From Macrostomum lignano (lineage: Eukaryota): a stretch of 64,000 nt of DNA. This document shows positions 33,701 through 48,100 of the stretch, in pieces. The translations under genes were made by a program, and so were the position numbers. The notes beneath the pieces were generated by a model. It saw only the letters and a program-made list of their open reading frames with translations. It made no database searches and had not been told where the DNA came from. Where the stretch lies: assembly GCA_002269645.1 (NCBI GenBank), contig NIVC01000672.1, forward strand, positions 310,001 through 374,000. Reading direction: 5' to 3'. Within the stretch, counting starts at the first letter, position 1, and every line of letters begins with the position of its first letter.

Positions 33701-36700
33701 TCCTATCCTTCAGATCCCTACAAATCCCATCCTTCAGATCTCTACAAATCCCATCCTTCAGATCTCTGCAAATCCCATACTTCAGATCCCTACAAATCCC
33801 ATCCTTCAGATCCCTACAAATCCCATCCTTCAGATCTCTGCAAATCCCATCCTTCAGATCCCTACAAATCCCATCCTTCAGATCCCTACAAATCCCATCC
33901 TTCAGATCTCTGCAAATCCCATACTTCAGATCTCTGCAAATCTCATCCTTCAGATCCCTACAAATCCCATCCTTCAGATCCCTACAAATCCAATCCTTCA
34001 GATCCCTTTAAATCCCATCCTTCAGATCCCTACAAATCCCACACTTCAGCTCCCTACAAATCCCATACTTCAGATCCCTACAAATCCCACACTTCAGATC
34101 TCTGCAAATCCCATCCTTCAGATCCCTACAAATCCCATCCTTCAGATCCCTACAAATCCCATCCTTCAGATCCCTACAAATCCCATCCTTCAGATCTCAG
34201 CAAATCCCATCCTTCAGATCCCTACAAATCCCATCCTTCAGATCCCTACAAATCCCATCCTTCAGATCCCTACAAATCCCATCCTTCAGATCTCAGCAAA
34301 TCCCATCCTTCAGATCCCTACAAATCCCATCCTTCAGATCCCTACAAATCCCATCCTTCAGATCTCAGCAAATCCCATCCTTCAGATCCCTACAAATCCC
34401 ATCCTTCAGATCCCTACAAATCCCATCCTTCAGCTCCCTACAAATCCCATACTTCAGATCCCTACAAATCCCACACTTCAGATCTCTGCAAATCCCATCC
34501 TTCAGATCTCTACAAATCCCATACTTCAGATCCCTACAAATCCCATCCTTCAGATCTCTACAAATCCCATCCTTCAGATCTCTACAAATCCCATACTTCA
34601 GATCCCTACAAATCCCATTCTTCAGATCCCTATAAATCTCATCCTTCAGATCCCTACAAATCCCATCCTTCAGATCCCTACAAATCCCACACTTCAGATC
34701 CCTACAAATCTCATCCTTCAGATCCCTACAAATCCCATCCTTCAGATCTCTGCAAATCCCATCCTTCAGATCTCTGCAAATCCCACACTTCAGATCTCTG
34801 CAAATCCCATCCTTCAGATCCCTACAAATGCCATACTTTAGATCCCTTTAAATCCCATCCTTCAGATCCTACAAATCCCATCCTTCAGATCTCTGCAAAT
34901 CCCATCCTTCAGATCCCTACAAATCCCATCCTTCAGATCTCTGCAAATCCCATACTTCAGATCCCTAGAAATCCCATCTTTCAGATCCCTACAAATCCCA
35001 TCCTTCAGATCTCAGCAAATCCCATCCTTCAGATCCCTACAAATCCCATCCTTCAGATCCCTACAAATCCCACACTTCAGATCCCTACAAATCCCATCCT
35101 TCAGATCCCTACAAATCCCATCCTTCAGATCCCTACAAATCCCACACTTCAGATCCCTACAAATCTCATCCTTCAGATCCCTACAAATCCCATCCTTCAG
35201 ATCCCTACAAATCCCATCCTTCAGATCTCAGCAAATCCCATCCTTCAGATCCCTACAAATCCCATCCTTCAGATCCCTACAAATCCCATCCTTCAGCTCC
35301 CTACAAATCCCATACTTCAGATCCCTACAAATCCCACACTTCAGATCTCTGCAAATCCCATCCTTCAGATCCCTACAAATCCCATACTTCAGATCCCTAC
35401 AAATCCCATCCTTCAGATCTCTACAAATCCCATCCTTCAGATCTCTACAAATCCCATACTTCAGATCCCTACAAATCCCATTCTTCAGATCCCTATAAAT
35501 CTCATCCTTCAGATCCCTACAAATCCCATCCTTCAGATCCCTACAAATCCCATACTTCAGATCTCTACAAATCCCATACTTCAGATCCCTAGAAATCCCA
35601 TCCTTCAGATCCCTACAAATCCCATCCTTCAGATCTCAGCAAATCCCATCCTTCAGATCCCTACAAATCCCATCCTTCAGATCCCTACAAATCCCACACT
35701 TCAGATCCCTACAAATCCCATCCTTCAGATCCCTACAAATCCCATCCTTCAGATCCCTACAAATCCCATCCTTCAGATCCCTACAAATCCATCCTTCAGA
35801 TCCCTACAAATCCCATCCTTCAGATCCCTACAAATCCCATCCTTCAGATCTCACAAATCCCATCCTTCAGATCCCTACAAATCCCATCCTTCAGATCCCT
35901 ACAAATCCCATCCTTCAGATCCCTACAAATCCCATACATCAGATCCCTACAAATCCCATCCTTCAGATCTCTGCAAATCCCATCCTTCAGCTCCCTACAA
36001 ATCCCATACTTCAGATCCCTACAAATCCCATCCTTCAGATCCCTACAAATCCCATCCTTCAGATCCCTACAAATCCCATACTTCAGATCCCTACAAATCC
36101 CATACTTCAGATCCCTATAAATCCATCCTTCAGATCCCTACAAATCCCATCCTTCAGATCCCTACAAATCCCATACTTCAGATCCTACAAATCCCATACT
36201 TCAGATCCCTAGAAATCCCATCTTCAGATCCCTACAAATCCCATACTTCAGATCCCTACAAATCTCATACTTCAGATTCCTACAAATCCCATACTTCAGA
36301 TCCCTTCGAATCCCATACTTCAGATCCCTACAAATCCCATACTTCAGATCCTACAAATCCCATCTTCAGATCCCTTCGAATCCCATACTTCAGATCTCTG
36401 CAAATCCCATACTTCAGATCCCTACAAATCCCATCCTTCAGATCCCTACAAATCCCATACTTCAGATCCCTACAAATCCATACTTCAGATTCCTACAAAT
36501 CCCATACTTCAGATCCCTTCGAATCCCATCTTCAGATCCTACAAATCCCATACTTCAGATCCTACAAATCCCATCCTTCAGATCCCTTCAAATCCCATCC
36601 TTCAGATCTCTGCAAATCCCATACTTCAGATCCCTACAAATCCCATCCTTCAGATCTCTGCAAATCCCATCTTCAGATCCCTACAAATCCCATCCTTCAG

Positions 36701-39690
36701 ATCCCTACAAATCCCATCCTTCAGATCCCTACAAATCCCATCCTTCAGATCCCTACAAATCCCATCCTTCAGATCCCTACAAATCCCATCCTTCAGATCC
36801 CTACAAATCCCATCCTTCAGATCCCTACAAATCCCATCCTTCAGATCCCTACAAATCCCATCCTTCAGATCCCTACAAATCCCATCCTTCAGATCCCTAC
36901 AAATCCCATCTTCAGATCCCTACAAATCCCACCTTCAGATCTCTGCAAATCCCATCCTTCAGATCCCTACAAATCCCATACTTCAGATCCCTACAAATCC
37001 CATCCTTCAGATCTCTACAAATCCCATCCTTCAGATCTCTACAAATCCCATACTTCAGATCCCTACAAATCCCATTCTTCAGATCCCTATAAATCTCATC
37101 CTTCAGATCCCTACAAATCCCATCTTCAGATCCCTACAAATCCCACACTTCAGATCCCTACAAATCTCATCCTTCAGATCCCTACAAATCCCATCCTTCA
37201 GATCTCTGCAAATCCCATCCTTCAGATCTCTGCAAATCCCACACTTCAGATCTCTGCAAATCCCATCCTTCAGATCCCTACAAATGCCATACTTTAGATC
37301 CCTTTAAATCCCATCCTTCAGATCCCTACAAATCCTATCCTTCAGATCCCTACAAATCCCATCCTTCAGATCCCTACAAATCCCATCCTTCAGATCTCTG
37401 CAAATCCCATACTTCAGATCCCTACAAATCCCATCCTTCAGATCCCTACAAATCCCATCCTTCAGATCTCTGCAAATCCCATCCTTCAGATCCCTACAAA
37501 TCCCATCCTTCAGATCCCTACAAATCCCATCCTTCAGATCTCTGCAAATCCCATACTTCAGATCTCTGCAAATCTCATCCTTCAGATCCCTACAAATCCC
37601 ATCCTTCAGATCCCTACAAATCCCATACTTCAGATCTCTACAAATCCCATACTTCAGATCCCTAGAAATCCCATCCTTCAGATCCCTACAAATCCCATAC
37701 TTCAGATCCCTACAAATCTCATACTTCAGATTCCTACAAATCCCATACTTCAGATCCCTTCGAATCCCATACTTCAGATCCCTACAAATCCCATACTTCA
37801 GATTCCTACAAATCCCATACTTCAGATCCCTTCGAATCCCATACTTCAGATCTCTGCAAATCCCATACTTCAGATCCCTAGAAATCCCATCCTTCAGATC
37901 CCTACAAATCCCATACTTCAGATCCCTACAAATCTCATACTTCAGATTCCTACAAATCCCATACTTCAGATCCCTTCGAATCCCATACTTCAGATCCCTA
38001 CAAATCCATACTTCAGATTCCTACAAATCCCATACTTCAGATCCCTTCGAATCCCATCCTTCAGATCTCTGCAAATTCCATACTTCAGATCCCTACAAAT
38101 CCCATCCTTCAGATCTCTGCAAATCCCATACTTCAGATCCCTAGAAATCCCATCCTTCAGATCCCTACAAATCCCATCCTTCAGATCTCAGCAAATCCCA
38201 TCCTTCAGATCCCTACAAATCCCATCCTTCAGATCCCTACAAATCCCATCCTTCAGATCCCTACAAATCCCACACTTCAGATCCCTACAAATCTCATCCT
38301 TCAGATCCCTACAAATCCCATCCTTCAGATCCCTACAAATCCCATCCTTCAGATCTCAGCAAATCCCATCCTTCAGATCCCTACAAATCCCATCCTTCAG
38401 ATCCCTACAAATCCCATCCTTCAGCTCCCTACAAATCCCATACTTCAGATCCCTACAAATCCCACACTTCAGATCTCTGCAAATCCCATCCTTCAGATCC
38501 CTACAAATCCCATACTTCAGATCCCTACAAATCCCATCCTTCAGATCTCTACAAATCCCATCCTTCAGATCTCTACAAATCCCATACTTCAGATCCCTAC
38601 AAATCCCATTCTTCAGATCCCTATAAATCTCATCCTTCAGATCCCTACAAATCCCATCCTTCAGATCCCTACAAATCCCACACTTCAGATCCCTACAAAT
38701 CTCATCCTTCAGATCCCTACAAATCCCATCCTTCAGATCTCTGCAAATCCCATCCTTCAGATCTCTGCAAATCCCACACTTCAGATCTCTGCAAATCCCA
38801 TCCTTCAGATCCCTACAAATGCCATACTTTAGATCCCTTTAAATCCCATCCTTCAGATCCCTACAAATCCTATCCTTCAGATCCCTACAAATCCCATCCT
38901 TCAGATCCCTACAAATCCCATCCTTCAGATCTCTGCAAATCCCATACTTCAGATCCCTACAAATCCCATCCTTCAGATCCCTACAAATCCCATCCTTCAG
39001 ATCTCTGCAAATCCCATCCTTCAGATCCCTACAAATCCCATCCTTCAGATCCCTACAAATCCCATCCTTCAGATCTCTGCAAATCCCATACTTCAGATCT
39101 CTGCAAATCTCATCCTTCAGATCCCTACAAATCCCATCCTTCAGATCCCTACAAATCCCATACTTCAGATCTCTACAAATCCCATACTTCAGATCCCTAG
39201 AAATCCCATCCTTCAGATCCCTACAAATCCCATACTTCAGATCCCTACAAATCTCATACTTCAGATTCCTACAAATCCCATACTTCAGATCCCTTCGAAT
39301 CCCATACTTCAGATCCCTACAAATCCCATACTTCAGATTCCTACAAATCCCATACTTCAGATCCCTTCGAATCCCATACTTCAGATCTCTGCAAATCCCA
39401 TACTTCAGATCCCTAGAAATCCCATCCTTCAGATCCCTACAAATCCCATACTTCAGATCCCTACAAATCTCATACTTCAGATTCCTACAAATCCCATACT
39501 TCAGATCCCTTCGAATCCCATACTTCAGATCCCTACAAATCCCATACTTCAGATTCCTACAAATCCCATACTTCAGATCCCTTCGAATCCCATCCTTCAG
39601 ATCTCTGCAAATTCCATACTTCAGATCCCTACAAATCCCATACTTCAGATCCCTGCAAATCCCATCTATCAGATTTCTTCAGATCCCTTC
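30791..39690 (+). repeat. ~8.9-kb satellite of a 24-nt unit (ttcagatccctacaaatcccatcc)n, roughly 370 copies, with higher-order structure
   Basis: Direct reading; rare variant aatgccatacttt recurs at ~31637, 32501, 33653, 34829, 37285 and 38820. Confidence 0.98.
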
Positions 39691-39952
39691 AACCCCAATG
39701 GGTGCCGCGCCGCAGTCAGGCATGACAAGAAGCTCCAATACTAATTAATGACCGGTGAGACTCGCGTGGAGGTGCGAGTTCGAACGCGCAATATTATAAA
39801 GTACAAGTACGTGCAGCGATTGACTGCTGACTTGATGGCACGCCTTTTTGATGTTTTATTTAATGGAGTAAAGTATTCCGCTTCCGCTGCTCTACCGAGG
39901 TTAATTAAATGAAAGTGCATCGAGTACTTTTCTGCAACTGCAAACCGGCGGC

Positions 39953-42900
39953 TCAGCCGCTGCCGCCAGCGCGGCTGCTGCTGCTCTTCGAGCTTGAAGC
40001 CAGACTGACCACCTGCGGGTTGAAGGGGAGGTGTGGGATCTTATAGATGGGATATGGTGTGGGGATTTTACAGATGAGATATAGAGGTGTGGGATCTTAT
40101 ATAGCTGGGATATAGAGGTTTGGGATCTTATAGATGAGATATAGAGGTGTGGGATCTTATATAGATGGGATATAGAGGTGTGGGATCTTATATAGATAGG
40201 ATATAGAGGTGTGGGATCTTATAGATGAGATATAGAGGTATGGGATCTTATATAGATGGGATATGGGGTGTGGGATGCTATGGATAGGACATTGAGGTGT
40301 GGGATCTTATAGATGAGATATAGAGGTGTAGGATTTTATATAGCTGGGATATGGAGGCGTGGGATCTTATATAGATGGGAGATGGAGGTGTGGGATCTTA
40401 TATAGATGGGACATGGAAGTGTGGGATCTTAAAGATGGGTTATGGAGGTGTGAGATCCTACAGATGGGAGATGGAGTTGTGGGATCTTATAGATGGGACA
40501 TGGAGGTGTGGGATCTTATAGATGGGATATGGTGTGGGATCTTAAAGATTGAATACGTAGGTGTGGGACCTTATAGATGGGATACGGAGGTGTGGGATCT
40601 TATATAAATGGTATATAGAGGTGTAGGATCGTATAGATGGGATACGGAGGTGTGGGATCGTATAGATGGGATACGGAGGTGTGGGATCTTATAGATGGGA
40701 TACGGAGGTGTGGGATCTTATATAGATGGTATAAGGAGGTGTGGGATGCTATGAATAGGATATTGAGGTGTGGAATCTGATCTGAAGCTAATGGGATAAA
40801 GAGGATCTGAGATAAAGAGTAAAACTGGCACAAAAGTCAGCACCAAATCGCATTAAGCCAAGAAAGCGGATTTGGGCACCGCGGCCTGCCCTGCCAGTCC
40901 CCAGGCCACGCAAGCACTGGGTTTCACCTTTGGCCCACACAGCCTTGGGAACGGCGGGGTCGGGAAGGGAAGAGTGGGACGAAGGACCCCCTGCCCCGGG
41001 CAGGCAGGGCAATCGATGCGGGCGGCCCAATTAACTGCAGGGCCCGGCCAACCGTGAGCTGCCGGCCGGTGAACTCGGGCGGAAGCCAGGACGGGGGGGG
41101 CAAAGCCGGGGTTCGAAATTAGCTTCGTTATTTTACGGGGGCCCATGGAGTGCGGGGTTACTACGGCTGCTCAGCCGTTACCGGATTTCATGGCCGCTGA
41201 CTGTACGAAACTCCTTCTGGCTGCTCAGGAGAAAGCGCACTGCTTGACCTTCGGGTTGCTGTGTTTATATAGGGGATTTATAAAGACATCAGATCATGTA
41301 TATGAGCACAGCATAACCATGAGCACAGCATGATCATGAGCACAGCATGACCATGAGCACAGCATGACCATGAGCACAGCATGATCATGAGCACAGCATG
41401 ACCATGAGCATGACCATGAGCACAGCATGACCATGAGCACAGCATGATCATGAGCACAGCATGACCATGAGCACAGCATGACCATGAGCACAGCATGACC
41501 ATGAGCACAGCATGACCATGAGCACACAATGACCATGAGCACAGCATGACTATGAGCACAGCATGACCATGAGCACAGCATGACCATGAGCACAGCATGA
41601 CCATGAGAACACAACAACCATGAGAACACAACAACCATGAGCACAGCATGACCATGAGCACACAATGACCATGAGCACAGCATGACTATGAGCACAGCAT
41701 GACCATGAGCACAGCATGACCATGAGCACAGCATGACCATGAGCACAGCATAACCATAAGCACAGTATGACCATGAGCACAGCATAACCATGAGCACACA
41801 ATGACAATGAGCACAGCATGACCATGAGCACACAATGACCATGAGCACAGCATGACCATGAGCACACAATGACAATGAGCACAGCATGACCATGAGCACA
41901 CAATGACCATGAGCACAGCGTGACCATGAGCACAGCATTACCATGAGCACACAACAACCATGAGCACACAATGACCATGAGCACAGTATGACCAAGAGCA
42001 AACCCTCCCAAGGAAGCCAGCGCCAAGGACTCCGCAGTCCTTACCATCCTGGCCGCCTCGTCCAGGCACTCGCAGACGCTGACGGCGGCGCCGCTCTCCC
42101 TGCGCAGCAGCTGCCTGGCCTCGCTGCCGCGGTTGCCCTGCAGCCGGACCACCACGGGCAGGCCAGGCCGAAGGCGCTGCAGCGCGGAGACGAGGCCCTC
42201 CGCCACGACGTCGCAGCGGACGATGCCGCCGAAGATGTTCACCAGCGCGGCGGTGACGCGGCCGTCCGAGCCGATGATGTCCAGCGCCTGCGCCACCTGC
42301 TTGGCCGTGACGGTGCCGCCGACGTCAAGGAAGTTGGCGGGCTCGCCGCCGTGCAGCTTGACGATGTCCATGGTGGCCATGGCCAGGCCCGCGCCGTTCA
42401 CCAGGCAGCCGATGTCGCCATCCATGCCGACGTACTTCAGGCCGCAGCCGGCCGCCGTAGCGTCGCGCGGGTCCTCCTGGGCCCAGTCGCGGGCGCTGCA
42501 GAGCTCCGGCTGGCGGAAGCGCGCGTTCGAGTCCACGTTGAGCTTGCAGTCCAGGCACAGCACTGCGGGTTTGGAGTGGGGAAATTATCTAGGGGAGATT
42601 TATTGCATAGGGAGATTTTTCCTATAGGAGATTTATCCCTTGGGAGATTTATCCTATGGGGAGATTATTCTATGTTGAGATTTATCCTACATGTATGGGG
42701 AGATTTATCCTATGGGAGATTTATCGTATGGGGAGATTTATCCTAAGGGGAAATTTATCCTATGAGGAGATTTATCTCATGGGGAGATTTATTGCATAGG
42801 GGAGATTTATCATATAAGGAGATTTATCCTATGGGGAGATTGATTCTTTAGGGAGATTTATTCTATAGGAGATTTGTCCCATAAATAGATACATTCCATA

Positions 42901-44123
42901 GTAGAGATCCTATGGTTATGAGCTCCTATCTACGATATACTTAATCCCCACGCAGCGGGAACAATGTCTCAAAAATCTCCCATCGACCGCTAATAATGAA
43001 TGCGGCAAGTCAACGACTTATCGTGATGAAATCCACAAGAACAAAAAAACTCCAGCGCTGCTACTAACAGCAGTCAGCAGCGGGCAATGCAAACGGAGAC
43101 TCACCCTGGCCGTGCGAGTCCACAGCCGCCGGGTTCACCTCCAGCAGCGTGGCGTCAGAAGCGCTGAACATCCTGCAGAGCTGCTGAGCGAATCGCGCCG
43201 CGGACTCCGCCTCCCGGCCGGCCAGCCCCAGCACCCGCTCCGCCACCTCGGCCGCGCCCGCCCCGGACAGCGCCGCCTCCGGGCCCAGCGGCCGGGCCAC
43301 CACGCTGGACGCCGCCTCCTCGATGCCGGTGCCGCCGAGCCGAGCGGCCATAAGGATCGGGCCGCCGCTGCCCCCCGTATCCATGGCAACCGCCAGGTAG
43401 AACTCGCGCACCGGCTTGGCCGGCTCCACCACAAGCAGGCGGTGGCAGGGCCGGCCCTCCGGACCCGTCTGCCGGGTGCGCAGCCGGTGGCCCAGCATCC
43501 CCTGCGCCAGCAGCCGCGCTTCATCCGCCCCAGCCGCCAGACGGACGCCGCCGCCGGCCAGGCCGCTGCTCCACTCGCCGCGGGACCGCCCGCCTGCCAG
43601 CACTTGCGCCTTCAGCATCACCTGCGGCCTGCCGGTGCGCCGCTCTGACGGAGTGCGCGGGGTGGCGGTCCCAGTGAGTTTGGGGTGGCGGTCCCAGTGA
43701 GTTTGGGGTGGCGGTCCCAGTGAGTTTGGGGTGGCGGTCCCAGTGAGTTTGGGGTGGCGGTCCCAGTGAGTTTGGAGGGGGTGGCGGTCCCAGTGAGTTT
43801 GGGGTGGCGGTCCCAGTGAGTTTGGGGTGGCGGTCCCAGTGAGTTTGGAGGGGGTGGCGGTCCCAGTGAGTTTTGGAGGGGGTGGCGGTCCCAGTGAGTT
43901 TGGGAGGGGGTGGCGGTCCCAGTGAGTTTGGGAGGGGGAGGTTGGTAGCGATCTGATTCAATGCATCGCAGCCCAGCTCACCGAGCTCTCTAGCAAATGT
44001 GTAGACCTCATCAGCAGAGCTGGCCAGCTCAAAGTCGGGCACCAGAATCCCATTCTTCCTGAGCAGGCTCATGGCAGTGTGCTCATGCACATTGAACTGC
44101 CGTCTTTGCTTCTGGCTGACAGT
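39953..44123 (-). CDS. SUCLA2: Succinate--CoA ligase beta subunit, ADP-forming-like (mitochondrial), spliced; 5' exon not located
   Basis: Exons on the minus strand: 44123-43982 (RRQFNVHEHTAMSLL), 43644-43105 (VMLKAQVLAGGRSRG...LEVNPA), 42562-42045 (VLCLDCK...GDIGCLVNGAGLAMATMDIVKLHGGEPANFLDVGG...NIFGGIVRCD...PVVVRLQG...LDEAARM), 40012-39953 (VVSLA...stop). All junctions are GT-AG and in phase. GCLVNG/MATMDI/RCDV/RLQG residues favour SUCLA2 over SUCLG2. Confidence 0.9.
40030..40780 (+). repeat. ~29-31-nt minisatellite (gatgggatatagaggtgtgggatcttata)n in the SUCLA2 last intron
   Basis: Direct reading. Confidence 0.92.
41305..41990 (+). repeat. 17-nt minisatellite (catgaccatgagcacag)n in the SUCLA2 last intron
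   Basis: Direct reading. Confidence 0.95.
42580..42900 (+). repeat. ~17-nt degenerate minisatellite (ggggagatttatcctat)n in a SUCLA2 intron
   Basis: Direct reading. Confidence 0.85.
43665..43930 (+). repeat. ~23-nt minisatellite (ggggtggcggtcccagtgagttt)n in a SUCLA2 intron
   Basis: Direct reading. Confidence 0.93.
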
Positions 44124-44604
44124 CTAAAATTAAGTGCAGGAAAGTGTTTCTCCATATAAAAAAATAAAAATTTTCAGACTCAAAGCAGCTGTTTTAAGCA
44201 GCCTGGAAACATTTATTAATTCTGAAGTGTCTACTCTTGAGCCTAAGACTATCAGACTTGAAGTAAAGCAAAAAAAAGAAATCAAAGGCATTGCTAAAAT
44301 GTAAGGTTAGGCCCCTATGCAAGATGAGAGGCACTTTAATAGATAATGAAATATATTACTCATACAGGTGCAACCCCCTGATTTAGACTGGCCATGCGAC
44401 TTACTTGCTTGCCTATGAAAGAAACCTAGGCAAAATAAACGTAATCTTGGGTAAATGGCAGGAGTAACTATAACTGTATTAAAAAAGCCAAATGCCTTGT
44501 CATCTAAGCAGTACTTCACCAGTAATTTTTGGGTGGCCATTTTTGTGACTTGCATTGGCTGGGCCCCTTGCCAGTGGCCAGATCGTCCATTGCGCATATA
44601 TAAT

Positions 44605-45106
44605 CCATAGTGTAGATCATGTAGTGCACGCGAGAATTTTCCCGCGTGCATTTTTAAAAGTGGCGTGCACCGGCGTGCGATTAGGTAAGTGGCATGCATT
44701 TGGCGTGCATAATGCACAATACATAAATACATTGGCGTGCCTGGCATGCGCCGCGTGCTGCGTGCCTGGCACCTGATGTGGCAAAGCTGCCAATGCAATG
44801 GTAAGCAGACATAAAATACGTATTATTGTATTTAACTTTTGAAAAAAAACTATTGTAAATAAACAGTGTATAAGACTGTTAAATAAATTAATGTATGAAA
44901 AATACACGTTTTTAAAGATATATCATTTCTTTTGTACATCGTTTGTTGCTTTGTTTTACACAATGCAATTTAAAATACGTTTTTGTCTTCAATTTGAATT
45001 TTAATTTATTGGCGTGCATCGGCGTGCATTCGCTTGTCGTCGGCGTGCTTTTGGGAATTAGCTTTGGGTCGTTTCTCGCGTGCACTTAGCATGATCCACA
45101 CTATGG
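44605..45106. mobile_element. 502-bp MITE with CCATAG termini and 8-bp TSD (hAT- or P-type, not resolved)
   Basis: Imperfect ~30-bp TIRs CCATAGTGT(A/G)GATCATG..AGTGCACGCGAGA; TATATAAT flanks both ends (44597-44604, 45107-45114); internal GGCGTGC subterminal motifs. Confidence 0.85.
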
Positions 45107-48100
45107 TATATAATATTAGTGATAGATAGACTCCTACTTCTATTAAAAAGAATAATTTGAAAAAAGTTGAAATTTTTTTTGTTTGAAAAAAGTTGTACTT
45201 AATATTGAATAAGAATAAATTATACTGCTAGAATAAAAAGCCATTTTAAATATCTACTTCTAACAATAAAGCATATTTATCAAAATTATTGAAAAAAGTA
45301 ATAAATTATACATTCATTTTAATTATTACAATACTATCAAATTATAAATATAAAAAATAAAGTATTTGCAAGGCCATTAAAACAAATGCTTTTAGACCTA
45401 AAAAGCCTAGGCAAATCAAAGTCTTGTGATTTACAAAAACAAATTGATTATAAATATGTTCTTAAACTGCAGAGTTGCATTAAAAGAAAACACAAAAAAA
45501 TTAATTGTTCAAAATCCCTTAATAAACTTTTATGATTTTGGTTTGGCCCTTTGACTCTTGAGCGTTCTGATTTATGTAGGAATTGAATTTTATATTGGTC
45601 AAAAAATTATGTAAATAAATACAAAAATATCACAAAAAATATCGATATAAAAACAAAAGGTGTTCTCTTTAAGATGCATTGCATTTTAGCACATATATTA
45701 GGCCTTTTCATAGTAGTATTACTAGTTAGCAAGTTAGGCCCAGTAAGTACTCATACTAGCAGCATCATACATCACTCACTGAATATATTGTAGAAAAGAG
45801 CTGTCGTCCACTGCCAATAAATCTTGAATACATTTCTTAATTTTTTATATTGTAGATATTTAAATTTTTCTCAAATTAATCTAGTGGAATCAGGGGGCAT
45901 CCAACAATTGGATTTAAGCCTATGAAAGTCAAAACCAGCAAAACATTATTCTGAAATTAATAAGCGAGTTTTCAAGGTCTACAACGTGCTGAGCAATGAC
46001 TAATATATTTCTTCGTGTTAACGAGGTAGAGCTGCTAGAGCTACGGTGCAACGGGCAAATGCACCTTAGTAAGCGGTAAAAAATAGGGTTCAAAGAGAGG
46101 TCATTCTTATGAACTTTTAAGCTTAAATTTTCGCGCTCTTAGAAGAATGAAAAAACAAATAACTTTTCATTTTACATAAATAATTTATTAAAACGCTGCA
46201 TAGCTTATGTTTTTATAAATTTTTCAATTTTTTTAGCATATTAGTATTATAAAATTGAAATAGTGTGAGATTGACGAAGACGAGTACTAGGGGCTTGACC
46301 AGACTCGATCAAGGTTAAATTATGATTTAATAATTTCTTCGAATTTCCTTTAGAAAAATGCTATTTAACAATATAAATTCTTTATTTACTTACGACATAG
46401 GCTCAGTCTCATTGTGTGAATTTTAATTCATCTTTCCGAAGACAACGCGTAAAGCTGCAAATTTGTTCATTTAGTGTAAACTTTTGAACCAGTTAGTCAA
46501 GTTTCAAGCTTTATTCTTCACAAATTTAGTTTAGGGCTTTTATATAAAGGCAAAGTTTGAAATTTGTATCCTTAATTTGGGCTTCTTGGATATAAGATCT
46601 TATAAGATATATAAGATATAAGATCTTGGATATGAGCTTGATGGATATAATCATAGCTGTAATACATGTATATATAGTTTTATTATCTCTTTAGTATGCC
46701 TGGAAATCGTGTTATTTACATGTACGTAGCACTCCTGCGCTTTGACTTAAGATCTAGACATTGTTTTGGTAGAAATCTTCACTGCAGCATTTATTGAGTA
46801 CGTGATTATGATTTAATTGAAGTCCAGCTGACCACCAAAGAAGTCCACAAGTACATGTACGCGCGTGATTGTTTACTGCTGGTACAGGCAATACGTTTTA
46901 GTCCTGCGGCGATGGAGACAATCCATCTTGTTTGCAGACTTCGTAAAAGAACCGCAGCAACAAGGTCCTGTACAATTAAAGTAGCTTTTCACTCACCGGG
47001 GGGGGAATCTGGTGGTTGAACATGCATCCATGTAGTTTTGGATTTATTCCTGGCCCGCTTGCATGTCCCCCTCAAGTGCCTTCGATGACTTTGTACTTGT
47101 GTTGAGCGCCATAGCATCACACTTAAAAGTCAATGGCAAGCTGGAATGCGATGCCCCCGGATATCTCTGACTCTGAGGTAGCAGCTTCAAATGCTACCCC
47201 AATTTGCAAGTAAATCATGCAACTCCATTTGCTCTTCTTGTGAACAAAGCTCGTATATGTAAGGTCCACAATCGTACATGCGCTTAATTTAAATGCGTCT
47301 CCTGATGAAAACGGTGCCTTCGTTGATGAAGTCGTTGCAGGTAACAAGACCAAGCAGGTTTTAGACAGTCGAATGAAGCAGACTAGAATATTAAAGGCAA
47401 CCTCAAGCGGCATTGGCGTAATGATAGCAGAAATGTATAACAAAAAAGTTCAAAGAGCCTTTTGATGATAAGAAGCCGTGGCTTAAAGTGTATTTTGCTT
47501 TCGAATAGAATTTGATATTTCAATTAGGTGGATAACACAGAAATACAGCAAACTGTGAAGAGTCAATTAGCAATAAAGACACAAAAACAAAGATTAGAAT
47601 GAGGCCTGAACTCATATCAGACAGGTAAACGGTCGGTATTTCGATATCGGTCGGGTTTCCGTTGCACCTCAGCCAACAGCGAATGAGAAAGTTTCGAGCA
47701 AGAGTAAATAATGTGGTATGGTCCAAGATTTAAAAAATGATGAGGGGGCAGCTGCTGCTTGCCGGGCCTGCCTCGCTCTGATTGGCTGGCAGGCCAAGGC
47801 CGGGCAACTCCGATTGGCTACCGGGATCGGCTCAGTTAGTCCCAATCTCGGGCACGCGCAAAAGAGGTCGATTCAGAGAAAAAGAGTAGAAAAACAACAC
47901 GACTCCGCGTAAACAGATGATGCATAAATTTTCTGGGCTAATTTAGAAGCAGAAATTCGCAAAGAAGCAACGTCAAGGCAAACAGAAGCCACACACTGGA
48001 GGGGGGCGAACAAGAGCAACGGCTCAGGCTTCGAACTCTCGGACAAAACAGAAGGAAAACACAAATATTACAAATATTACAGTAAGCGTCAAATAAAAAA

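Noticed and set aside
30791-39690. CRISPR-like regular arrays (here and in other 20-54-nt repeats)
   Set aside because: Units are directly adjacent with no unique spacers, there are no cas genes, and the context is eukaryotic with introns.
47520-47726. Candidate first exon of SUCLA2 (MDHTTLFTLARNFLIRCWLR) near CCAAT-like boxes at ~47780-47820
   Set aside because: Weak donor, and its phase does not match the phase-0 acceptor at 44123.
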